NCBI GenBank assembly: GCA_965645245.1 | Contig: OZ287069.1 | Span: forward strand, 868,001 to 932,000 | Source of the DNA: Massalongia carnosa | Lineage: Eukaryota | Reading direction: 5' to 3' | Length of the DNA: 64,000 bases | Shown here: positions 23,775 through 34,961 of the stretch, in pieces | Numbering within the stretch: position 1 is the stretch's first letter | How the letters are laid out: every line of letters starts with the position of its first letter | The notes under the pieces: generated by a model | Database searches by the model: none | What the model was told of the DNA's origin: nothing | What the model saw: the letters and a program-made list of their open reading frames with translations, nothing else | Position numbers and translations under genes: made by a program

Positions 23775-25707
23775 TTACCGCCAAGCGGCCTGACTCAGCG
23801 ACATCAGATTCTGTACGCAATCCAGATCTTCCGGAACCTCGGGGGCCGACCCCGCACTCATGAACGCCATCACCTCCTCGTCGACATCACGGCCTGGGCT
23901 GGAGCTTTTGCGAGCGCTGGTTTGATTCCCTGGATGGTATGAGCGCCGAGGGCTGACGTTTTCGCGGTTCATGAGAGCATCTAAGCTAGCTGATTGAGTT
24001 GGAATACAAAGGTTTTCCTCAAGGACCCCGCGCGGTCCTTGGGATGATAGGCGCCGACGGACGATTCTTCGTGGTCGAGATTGCGTGCCGGGCTCCCAGT
24101 TTTCCTTATCTGAGTCGCCGGAATAGTAATCATTCAGCGCAGACTGAGGGATTGGTTTCAGCGCCTTATCGTTTTCGTTCATGGCTTGTTTCTGAATGTT
24201 ACCCGCTATGGATTGAAGTCTAGCAACAGAAGACATGGCACGGGCTAGCTTTGGCTTGCTTGTTGTGAGCTGACCGTCCGGCTTCTGCCGCTTTGTGGAT
24301 TCGTGCTTGGATGTTGTGTTGGCATTGCGCTTGAGAACAGGGTGCGCCATGGCATGGTTACTTTGCGATCGGATCAGCCCAATGGGTCCGATGGCTGAGC
24401 CGCTCTGCTCTCGTTCTGCTTGTTCTGTCAACGCATTACGGGCGTCGCTGTCGCAGTAAAACTCCCACGTGCGAGCATCGCGCGATCTTCCGGCCATGGA
24501 ACGCTGGGGACATACCCCGCTTATGTTGCTGGGTTCTATCGCACTTTGGCTTCGCTGAAGGCATCCTTTTGGGCGAGGTTTCGCAATAGCCCCGGGCAAC
24601 ATCACTGCTGGTGGTGGTGATTCGTCGTAAGTGGTAACTTGTGCTTTGCCGTCAAGTGACATTGACAATCTGATAGATGAAGTACGCTTTAGGGGTAATG
24701 AAGGGGTAATAGTCAATAGGCTCGTACGCGGCAACTGTCCTTCGAGGGTTCCTGGCAATGTGTCTCCAAGATTATCTTGACATATAACGAATGGAGCGCT
24801 ACGACGATTAGCCAAATATCCTGGTCCACGCTTTGCGTGGACATTTGAAATAAAAGGGTCTTCTGTGTTTAAACCGTCGGTTACTAGTTTGGATTCTGAA
24901 GCCTGACTCGATGTCCCCGGAACGCCTTGAGAAACCCGTTGATGTTTGAGCAGGGCTAATGAAGAGTTCAGCCGTGAATTTTCAGAAAATTTTGCATTTC
25001 CTGCATCCCTCCGCGCCTCTGGAGGCCATTTATCTGATTTATTATGTACGTTGTTTAACGTCAATTGACTGTCACGGTCCCAGCTTTGGCTTGTGTAAAC
25101 AGTGTGCTGACTACTTTCATCAATAGATTCACTGGAACCCGTAGCGTTATCGCTACTCTCTTGACTTGAGTTGAAACTCGACATGAACTCGTGCGGCAGC
25201 AAAGGCCGCGTCTTCCTACGCGTCATTTGACGGCGATTCTGAAACCAAATCTACACTCTCAATACATCAGCCACTGTGATGCATAGATAATGAAGAGAGT
25301 CCAGCCATGAAATTTGGGCGGATCCTAGACCTGATGCTCGTATGGAATGGATGACAAATGCTCACCTGGACTTCTTTTTCTCCCAATGCAACCCGATTAA
25401 CTATGCTCATCCTCGCGGCTTTGTCAGGTTTGGAATTTTGTGCATACTCAGCTTCGAGGATTGCGTGATCTTCCGGGCTATAAGAGCACTTAGCACGCAC
25501 TCGAATTGCATTAGAGTTGTTTGCATACCTGGTGCGTCGGCGCCGCTGACGAACCAACGGTGGATTGTCTACCTCTGGAGGTAAGTTGAGGTTGACAGTC
25601 CCTTGGGAATGAACGAGGAAAGCAAAGCTGCCTGCTTCGGAGTTTTGACTGCCTGTAGCCATGTCCTGTGGAGGCGAGGACGATGGGTTTACTTGGGTGA
25701 TTTGCAT
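23775..25707 (-). CDS. Homeobox transcription factor, Yox1/Yhp1-like; introns 25478-25528 and 25251-25365; start codon uncertain
   Basis: Spliced homeodomain RQRRRRTSPEDHAILEAEY..VALGEKEVQIWFQNRRQ. Confidence 0.88.
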
Positions 25708-25816
25708 ACTGATGAGTATCAATCAACCAATGCTGAGATGTTGGCTCAAGATAGATGGAGTCATTGTGATCGCAAGAATAAGTAATGGGACTATCCGATG
25801 AAATAGCGGCCATCGG

Positions 25817-26047
25817 CGCGACGCGTTCCGTTCCGTTGGTGTGTTTTTTTGGTGGTGTGGTATCGGAGGATGGAGTATCCTGAAGTCCCGTGATTCCGTG
25901 ATGAGACGCTTTCACTAGACTGGTTAGAAAGGGTTAATCAACGGCTGTTGGTGCTCACGTGCTGATTTAGCCCTAGCTATTTAGTCACGTGCTAGTCAGT
26001 TTACGCAATCAATGCCCGTGTCAAGCTAATCATTCACCGATCACGTG
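25817..26047. promoter_or_regulatory. Divergent promoter with an MCB-like site (ACGCGT 25821-25826) and three TCACGTG E-boxes (CACGTG at 25956, 25986, 26042)
   Basis: Motifs read directly from the sequence. Function is inferred. Confidence 0.45.
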
Positions 26048-26193
26048 GTTTCTGCCTAGTTGAATTACATTACTCTAGATTTTATGGGACTATGCGCCTG
26101 TAAATTGTTGTTCCTGCCTGTTATGTTCTAAATGCCTTTACATCTCCCATCTAGCGACATCTTACAGCCAATATCTCCAGCTCTTACCGTACA

Positions 26194-27227
26194 ATGGGTA
26201 TCTCCCATGAAGAACGTACGGCTGCTGAACCGCGCGAGAATTGTATTCACAGCGTCATCCTCAATGAAATAAAAACCGTGAATGAGAGCATCCGACTCCT
26301 ACGCCTCAAGATCCCTGAAGGTAAAACCATCAATGCAAGAGCCCTCACCTGAGCTGCGTCTGCCAATAGTGACATTTAGGCTAAAAGAGTTTTACCGCAT
26401 TGTAGTTCCGCCCAGGTCAATGGGTAGACTCACACATCCCAGGCCTTCCCCAAGCAGGTGGCTTTACCATTGTCTCTGCGCCAGGCTTTGCTAGTGCAAA
26501 TTGTAAGAATGGGTACTTGGAGCTGGCTGTGCAAAGGTCACCGCAGAACCCAGCTGTTAGCTGGCTTTGGAGGAAGGATTCCGAGGTACTAGGCACGGAA
26601 CTGTAGGTTCAAGTAGGAGGGAGTTTTACATGGCCTCCGTCAAAGTTGGATGAGCAGCAAATCAAAAAAGTGGTATTTATAGCTGGAGGTGTGGGGATTA
26701 AGTAAGGAGTATTCCTTAGCTCCTTCTATGGCGTGAGGTTTGGGTGCTGACGGTTTATAAATGAATAGTCCCCTCTACTGTATGCTTGATCACCTTTGCC
26801 ATCACTCTCCTCATCACCCCCTCTCCGTTCAGTTCCTCTACACAACCAAGGTTCCTCGGATGGGATATACTTGCATCCACTTTCTCCTCCCTCTCAAATC
26901 GGCATTCACATCCCCCGCGTTTTCGGGCTGGAACCTTCATCTTCATCTTACGGGCCACTATAACCCTTCGTCGTTCATCACGATCAGCAAAGGCGCCAAC
27001 ATAGAGTCCATTTTCTCAAAAGAGACGGAGGACTTGGAGGCCAATCAGTCTGTTCGCCATCGACGCATGACGTGGGAAGATGTGCTAAGTGCGCTTGGCC
27101 CTGTAACGGAGAGGGCCGGGGTGGTGGCTTATGTGTGCGGGCCTAGAGGCCTGACGAGTTCGTGGAGGTGCTCAAGAGCCAGGAGGGCATGGAGGAGAAG
27201 AGGGTGCTGTGCGAAAAGTGGTGGTAG
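26194..27227 (+). pseudogene. OXNAD1-like FAD/NAD-binding oxidoreductase, disrupted
   Basis: Motifs FRPGQW, AGGFTI, VVFIAGGVGINP, YVCGP and terminal CEKWW*. In-frame TAG at 26604-26606 and a frameshift near 27155. Confidence 0.8.
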
Positions 27228-27460
27228 CACCACTATCACTGATACCTCTCTCTATTCTACCTTGGCGTAGGTAGGTGCTTCGAATACTGTTTGGGTTTTT
27301 TGGGGATATGAGATGTAGCGCAATACCGTCCGTCGCCTTTCCTGCGCTATGCAAAAATATACAAAAGGATCATATCTCTCACAGCACTTTTCCCATATTC
27401 CACCCAATCCAGACTTCTACATCTGCTATTCAAAACAGGATCCAGATCCTCAATCCACCC

Positions 27461-29263
27461 CTACCCGCCCACAACATGCCCCGAATCGGCATTCCCATCC
27501 CCTTGCCGCTCCTCCCACAGACACCTCGCGCAAACGCACATTCCTCCCAAGGCTCCTACAGCCCACTCTCTCCGTTCTCTCACGCCGAGACCAACGTCGC
27601 AGTAATGGTTCAGCACTTCCTCGCCCCGCCGGATGCCCTGGCCCCATCGAACCTGACCCTTTGTTCTTTCTAGTTTCCTCCACCCTTCCATATCCTCCTC
27701 TCCCCTCACTTCGAACCTGATTTCCCCTCCCCATTCCCAACGCACATTCGGCGCACAGCTGTGGTTCGCAAGGCACCACATGGGATGGACGGCGCACACT
27801 TCAGGCTTTCCATCTCTTAGGCTTAGGCGCGCGCTGGCCGTGGCGCGGAATTTCGCGAACAGCGTGTTCAGCACCCAGGTGTCGCAGCGCGGGAGGGCGG
27901 CGAAGATGTCAATATCCATCTTTTCAAGCACATGTAGCGGTGCAAGGACGTTATCGCGGAAGGTAAAGGGCAGGTGGCGGGCGGTAGCGAAGCGGGATGC
28001 GACCGCAGCCGAATGCACGTATGCGGCATCTGGAACGGTGAAGTCGCCCCATAGATATTTGGTCTGGGGGAGTTCGAGTGGGTGAAGGTTTTGCGTCTCG
28101 GCGAGGGCAATGGTGCGTGTAAGAAGGAGAAGGTACAGCGCATTGGTTGCAGTTTGGGGTTTGGGATCTCGTGCGAGGTTATCAAAGTCAGGTTTACCGC
28201 AAACGGCGGGGTGGTAGAGTGTTTGCGCTGCGGCGTGGCAGATTTCGCTGCAAAAAATTGTGTCGTCACAATTGGAGCAGGATGGAGGAGGGGAGCAGTT
28301 TGACGAAATGGGGGGGAGGGGAGAGGAACAAGCGTCGCAGAGAGGGTCGCGAAGGCGGTTATTTGCAGTTAGGAGGCTAGACTCATGGAGGACGGTTTCG
28401 TGGGGCGCTATATCTTCCGTGGCGAAGATGCCAAGCTGCTGGATAGCCGGGAGAAGGGGCGTGGGGTCGATGGAGTGCTTTGGAGCGTGCTCCTGTAGCA
28501 AGGGGAGCGATACAGCGCGAACCTCGCATTTGGGCGCTACTTTACGGATCTCGCTGTTGAGGAAGACAAGACTGGATGCGGAGAAGCGGTCTGGCTCGTA
28601 GGTATTCCACGAGTAGAGCTCTCGACGAACGGAACCTTGCTCAGGCAGATCGGTCTTTGGGTCAAAGGCCTTCGGGTACCATGTAGGGTCCCGTTGAACT
28701 CGATCATGACGATAGTTTTCAAGAATTTGCTCCTGCAACCCTGAGAGCTGCCAATGGCTAGGAAAGGCTTTCAGTCCTTGACTTGCGAACTCATAGGCAC
28801 TTTTTAAGCAGCCACATTTCAAAAGTGCCCGGGTTAGAACGACGAAGATCCTAAAAGCGCAACGTTGAGCGGCTTGCTCATAAAATGATCCATCGGCATC
28901 TTCTCCTACAAGCTTTGTGTGATGATGGGTGTGGCCATTAAAAGCGGGCCCGTCCCCATTCACAGCATATTGATCGTCTTCACAATAAGGCCACTCTTCA
29001 TCGTCTTTACTATTCTCTTGAGCGCTCTCTAGCGACTGTTCAATTGCTTCTCTGGCCTGCTCGTGATATTCCCCTGATTCATCCTGTACCTCATCAGTTA
29101 GGAGTAATGCTCTGTATGCATCACCAACCGCGAGGTCAGGGAATCCAAGGCGTTCGTAACAAATTGCTCTTCGTAGAAAAGTATAAGCATCGTACGGACA
29201 ACTCTTCAACTGGTCTGTCAGCGTGCTCCTCTCTGTGAGTGCTAAATGATTCTCAGAGCCCAT
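27461..29263 (-). CDS. TPR + SET/MYND (SMYD-type) lysine methyltransferase
   Basis: N-terminal TPR-like RRAICYERLGFPDLAVGDAYRAL, GIFATEDI, MYND-like CDAC..CSNC..FCSEIC..H..C, NHSCAPN, GEEVLNHY and post-SET CVCARC. Confidence 0.9.
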   Translation of the reverse strand: MGSENHLALTERSTLTDQLKSCPYDAYTFLRRAICYERLGFPDLAVGDAYRALLLTDEVQDESGEYHEQAREAIEQSLESAQENSKDDEEWPYCEDDQYAVNGDGPAFNGHTHHHTKLVGEDADGSFYEQAAQRCAFRIFVVLTRALLKCGCLKSAYEFASQGLKAFPSHWQLSGLQEQILENYRHDRVQRDPTWYPKAFDPKTDLPEQGSVRRELYSWNTYEPDRFSASSLVFLNSEIRKVAPKCEVRAVSLPLLQEHAPKHSIDPTPLLPAIQQLGIFATEDIAPHETVLHESSLLTANNRLRDPLCDACSSPLPPISSNCSPPPSCSNCDDTIFCSEICHAAAQTLYHPAVCGKPDFDNLARDPKPQTATNALYLLLLTRTIALAETQNLHPLELPQTKYLWGDFTVPDAAYVHSAAVASRFATARHLPFTFRDNVLAPLHVLEKMDIDIFAALPRCDTWVLNTLFAKFRATASARLSLRDGKPEVCAVHPMWCLANHSCAPNVRWEWGGEIRFEVRGEEDMEGWRKLERTKGQVRWGQGIRRGEEVLNHYCDVGLGVRERREWAVGALGGMCVCARCLWEERQGDGNADSGHVVGG

Positions 29264-29494
29264 TTCTTGCAATCAGTTGGTTATCCATGATGTCACTGGA
29301 CAAATTTAATGGAAGAGTTTTCCCCATGTTTACTAGTAGACAGCCTCGCTAAAAACGCCTTTATGGAGGTAAATTGGTCTTAGATGATAAGATGAGATAT
29401 GATAAGATAAACTTAGATGACAGCCGAGAACGGGCTGTTGAACGTCTGGAGCGCGTTTCCTTCAATCCTATTGACATAACAATGTCATGCGAAA

Positions 29495-31327
29495 ATGCCA
29501 AGGTAAGAGAGCAGACATAAAATCTTTCTCAAAGCTCGGTACCTGACGCTTATATAGAGAAATCATCACAATCCAAGCCGGCCAGTGCGGTAACAGCAGT
29601 AGGTTACCTTTTGTAGCGTAGGAAGGATCAAGAAGAGGGAGAGCTGATGTAAATATAGTCGGAGCTCAATTCTGGCCGCAGCTGTGTCAAGAGCATGGAA
29701 TTAGTCAAGATGGAAACCTTGAAGACTTTGCGACGGAGGGTGGGGACAGAAAGGATGTATTCTTCTACCAGGTAACTAACGAGAATCCATATATGATAAT
29801 ATTGAAGCTAAGGCTAGTAGTAGAGTGATGATACTCGCTACATCCCTCGCGCAATACTTCTAGATCTTGAGCCTCGGGTATGTCCAGATGCGCATCCAGA
29901 GACCGAGTTATACTCATTTTGTCCCTTAGGTTCTCCAAGGAATACAGAATGGCCCATACAAGAATATATACAACCCCGAGAATTTCTTCATTGGGTCTCA
30001 AGGAAGTGGTGCAGCGAATAATTGGGCGGCCGGCTACGCTGCTGGGGATACAGTGCAGGAGGAGGTTTTTGACATGATAGATCGAGAAGCCGATGGGAGC
30101 GACTCGCTGGAAGTAAGATCCCCATGGATGCTCTGTCTACAGTTTAGAAAAACAGGAAGTTTAATGAAATTCCCTAGGGTTTCATGCTTCTACATTCAAT
30201 TGCTGGTGGCACAGGGTCGGGGCTTGGCAGTTATATCCTCGAGCGAATGAACGACAGGTTCCCCAAGAAGCTGATCCAGACATATTCAGTCTTCCCTGAT
30301 ACCCAAGGCGGCGGAGATGTGGTGGTGAATCCATATAATAGCCTGCTGGCAATGCGTCGTTTGACACAAAACGCTGATTCTGTGGTACGTCACTTTAGGC
30401 ATGAACTCTTTCTCCAAAGGATGCTGATATTCCAGGTGGTTCTTGATAATGGCGCTTTGTCAAGGATAGCTGCAGACCGGCTACATGTACAGGAACCCTC
30501 ATTCCAGCAAACGAATCAGTTGGTATGTTTCAAGATGATCACACGATGGCTACCATGCTTAAGTCGCCTAGGTTTCGACTGTCATGTCTGCGAGCACAAG
30601 TACACTTCGATATCCCGGCTATATGCACAACGATCTCGTCGGCATCATAGCCTCCCTAATTCCTACACCCCGCTGCCATTTTCTGATGACCTCCTACACT
30701 CCATTCACCGGGGATAATATCGAGCAAGCAAAGACGGTGCGGAAGACCACTGTGCTAGACGTAATGCGACGCTTGCTGCAACCCAAAAACCGTATGGTCT
30801 CTACCACCTCTAGTAAATCAAACTGCTACATCAGCATCCTCAGTATCATTCAAGGCGAAGCCGATCCTACCGAAGTAACCTTCTCCCAATTTTCTAAACC
30901 CCTCTATCCCTTCCTTCACACCGAGCTAATACAATCCCCCTTCGTATAATAGCTACATAAATCTCTCCTCCGCATCCGCGAGCGTGACTTCGCCAAGTTC
31001 ATCCCCTGGGGTCCAGCTTCCATCCAAGTCGCTCTCTCCAAGAAGTCGCCCTACCTGACAAACACGCACCGCGTATCCGGGCTCATGCTCGCGAACCATA
31101 CGTCGGTGGCCACGCTGTTCAAGCGCATCGTGGTGCAGTACGACAAGATGCGCAAGCGCAACGCTTATCTCGAGGGCTACAAGAAGGAGGCTGCCTTCGC
31201 TGACGGGCTGGGCGAGTTCGACGAGGCGAGGGCTGTCGTCATGGATCTGATCGCCGAGTACGAGGAAGCGGAGACGGAGGGGTATTTGGATCCGGATAAG
31301 GGGAAGGAGAAGGGAGAGACGGCTTGA
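29495..31327 (+). CDS. mipA: Gamma-tubulin, 9 exons
   Basis: [80 protein letters not shown]. Confidence 0.97.
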
Positions 31328-33072
31328 AGGACGTGTGCTTACTGAAGAAGAGAGCTTTGTTCGGGTGAGGATGTAGGGTGTAAAGGCCTTGGTTTTGGCA
31401 AATGGTGTTTCTTCAGAGGGGGGTTGGAGGCCAAATGGTAGTGATTTTCACCAAGTTGCAAATACGACATCACGGCCTTAGCCTAGAGCCTTGGGAAAGA
31501 TGCCGGCACAATGATGGATGCATACTCACGAACTACGCGTTGCGGTTCTTTGGAAAAGCGAAGGAAACGAAGTGGTCATTTTTTAGCTGCATTGTTATCA
31601 AAACTGCAAGAATGTATTCTTCAGCGTAAACGAATACAATTTCTTAACGAGGTCCCTATGTACTAGGAACCTTCTCGGAGCGCGCTCTGGGACGTTTTAA
31701 CTCAGCATCGTTAATTCACATGCCATTGCGCGTTTCAATGATTGATATCCCAAAGTCTTCGTGTGAAGAGGCGATTGTGATAACTATCCGGGGATGTGTT
31801 GTCCAAGTCCGCTCCTGTAAGCTCCACCATTCAATGGCGGCTTTGCCTTGATCCAGTACCAATAGGAATTAAGCTTATTTCCCAGTAAGCAGTGTATTCT
31901 TTGCTTATACAGAGTAGCTCCAGCCCAGTCAGCGTGAAGAGTCTTTGGTGGCACATAGCTAAGGTTTTCTGGATCTGAGCTGAAGACCCCCTAGGATCGC
32001 TGGCCACGAGAGGCTTTCAGATTCATGAATCCAGTCATCTCTCTGTATGGACCTGATTAATCGCCGAGACTAAGATTTCTTGGCCACCAGTTGTGATTGA
32101 GAAAGAAAGCAATGTCGGTGACGAATCGACGGATCCATTTCCCGGTGGAATGAATAATCGGATCCAAATCCAAGTCGCCCATCCCAATGATTAAAAGCCA
32201 AGTTCAGTTCAACTACGTGATGCGACATTGTCCTTCGTGGGGGAGACCATCCGTTGTCATGGGAAAAACCTGCACCTTGAAAAGGGAAATATGCATACTA
32301 ATCTTGGAAGCCGATCAGCGAATGGCTTCCCCTATCTTTAGCATTCTTTATGTAGCAGAAGCTAAGCGAATTGACAACACAACATGTAGGTTGCCTGAAG
32401 CGGTAAACTCGGTGTGTTTCCTCCTCTTGCAACCCCAGGATTCGGATGATTTACTCTGTATTTAGATAAGCGATCAGCCCGGCGCTTCTAAAACCCCCAA
32501 TCGTTGCAAAAGCGGGGAGGAGACTACAAAGTATGTTGTTTAACAAAAGGAAAGCGTTGAGAATATTTAAATATAGACCAACCAAGCTATCCATCGCCAT
32601 CGAAAGACAATCTTCTCGACTCTACAGTGTTCCTCCACCACTTTCATTCCATAGCATATTGGAGACTTGGAAAGAAGGTGATTACATAATACTTGGTTAC
32701 GATGCTTCGCGTCATCAATACTCTGTAGAAGCGTTCGAGTGCAAAGCCACCCAGCCACCCAGCCACCCAGCCACTCACCCATTCTCTTTCTTCCAAGCTT
32801 TTTAGATATGTTACGGGTGAATGACGTAGTCAGGTGGTTCGCAGCCAGTCAAATCATGTGTGGCGGTGCTTTTTTTACCCTGCTAGTCAAAGGGTCGAAT
32901 AAAGGGCAAGTGCACCGCGCATGACCAACAAACACATCATCCTTCCTCCAGCTTCCATTCTTTCTCCACCTTTGTCCCATCTACCTACACCTCTCGAAAC
33001 GTCCACAGCATCAAAGCCTGCAACAACGCACCCTTTGTCTCAAACCACAGCTCCTCGTTACTCGTCGCTATC

Positions 33073-33469
33073 ATGCCTTTCACTGCTAGGTACGTCTTTT
33101 CATGTGACTTGTCGCAATGGTTGAAGGGTGAGGGAACTTCTACTACGCAAAATGTATCGGGCACAGCAATTGTGGACGAATAAACTTCTGGAATACACAC
33201 TGACATCTCGTACATGGTAGTGATATCTGCAAAATCATCCTTGCCATCATACTTCCACCACTTGGCGTGTTCCTTGAGCGTGGCTGCAATGCCGACTTCT
33301 TGATCAACATCCTCCTAACCATACTGGGCTTCATTCCAGGTATCATCCACGCCTTGTAGGTTTCCTTTTCTATTCTCGAGATGCCTCGTATAATGGCTTG
33401 GCGCAATTCCAAAGTCTACATAAATACATCGACTAATGCCATTCTAGGTACATTATTCTCAAGTATTAG
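33073..33469 (+). CDS. PMP3: Plasma membrane proteolipid 3 (Pmp3/RCI2 family), 3 exons
   Basis: Spliced MPFTASDICKIILAIILPPLGVFLERGCNADFLINILLTILGFIPGIIHALYIILKY*. Absent from the ORF track. Confidence 0.93.
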
Positions 33470-34961
33470 ATGCAGCAGCATTGTCTCTTCGGTTATGTTT
33501 CGGTCAATTGACTCCCTAAGACCTTGCGTGTGCGGCCTGACGGATTCTCCTCCGAGCTCGATCGAATGTGCCGCCGATTATCTTCACGGTTGAGCTGCAA
33601 TGATTGGATGACAGGGCAGGCAGCAGCGTGGTGGACTAGACGTGACGTGTTTTCGTTGTTTGCGGCATCCATGTTTATTGAGGCCCTCGAAGTCTCTCTA
33701 ATTATTGCGTGTGATGTATTTCCCAGTCCTTTTTAGCCATATTGTAATATAGACTAGGAGTTTTATCCTCATTGATCCGTTAACCAGAACTCTCCTCTTT
33801 ATGTATCGTTACCATAATTTACTCAAGCCGCCGGTCAGTCGTCTCCAATCAAACCACTAGACCCGCGATTAGGAAAACGGCGTAGCGGCAACATACTTGT
33901 CAAGCACATTAAGACGGCCAGAGAAAGGAAAGAATCTCTGAAAATACCCATGCACTGTGGGCATGAACAGAACAACCACCACCCATATAGATCATGGATA
34001 CGGACAAAGCCAACTTATGTGCTGCACTTAGATACTGTGCCCCTTCCTGACTGTGTTGACTTGCAGAAAGGGGATGGGAGGCACGGATCGCGGAGGAGCG
34101 CCCGTGTTTGGCTATTCGAAAAAGGACGCCAGAAGGTTGGAGCCGTCAAGGATGAGGTGACCAAACTGCGTAGATACTAGGAAGTCCTAATCTGCAAGAT
34201 TGATCACATTTAGCCATGTATTCACGTCGTGTCGTGTCGTGTCTAGTTGTGTCGATAGTCTTAGAGCCTCATAAAGTATCCTCCCAAACCCTAAATGGGT
34301 GAATAGTGTGCCCAAAGGATGCTAGTGTGAGGCTATGGAGGTACCTATTTTTGGCGCCCAGTCAGCGCATCGCCAGCGCCTGACGCCATTTCCCCTCAAC
34401 AACCACAGTTCTCAACTGCAAAAAGGGCGTTAAGCATGGAGACGGTTGGACAAAAACAGCTCCGTTGCGCAGGCGCTTACGTAGCAGCACTGGGAGCTAT
34501 CAATGGCTACTTACCCTGCCCGAAAAGATGTCATCTGTACCGCCTGCTAACCTCTTCATAATCACCATGCTTCCCCCAAGGGGGAAAAGGGAACGGCAAG
34601 AGCCATGGAGACCGTTCATACCAACAGTGTTTCGGTTCTCTCCTCTTTGTCTCTTGCGTTTTTCACTTGATATCGTGCTTGTTCCCTTGGTATTTCCATT
34701 TCATTCCCCTCTATTCTAGTTGTACCAGTAGAAGAGGCTTCCTTAATGTCTGAGCGGGTCTTCGGAGTTTTTTCAGGTCAGTACGCCGAGTGTTTGAGGT
34801 TCTCGTAACACAAGCCATGGAATTCCTTCAGCTAGACTTGCATTTCTCGAACAAGACGTTTTACACCATCTGTCTGCTTGAATGGAGCAATGCCCATGCC
34901 GATCCCCCTGATTAGACATGCCACATCAGGTGCTGACAATGGTTTCCAGTTCTTTCACAGC

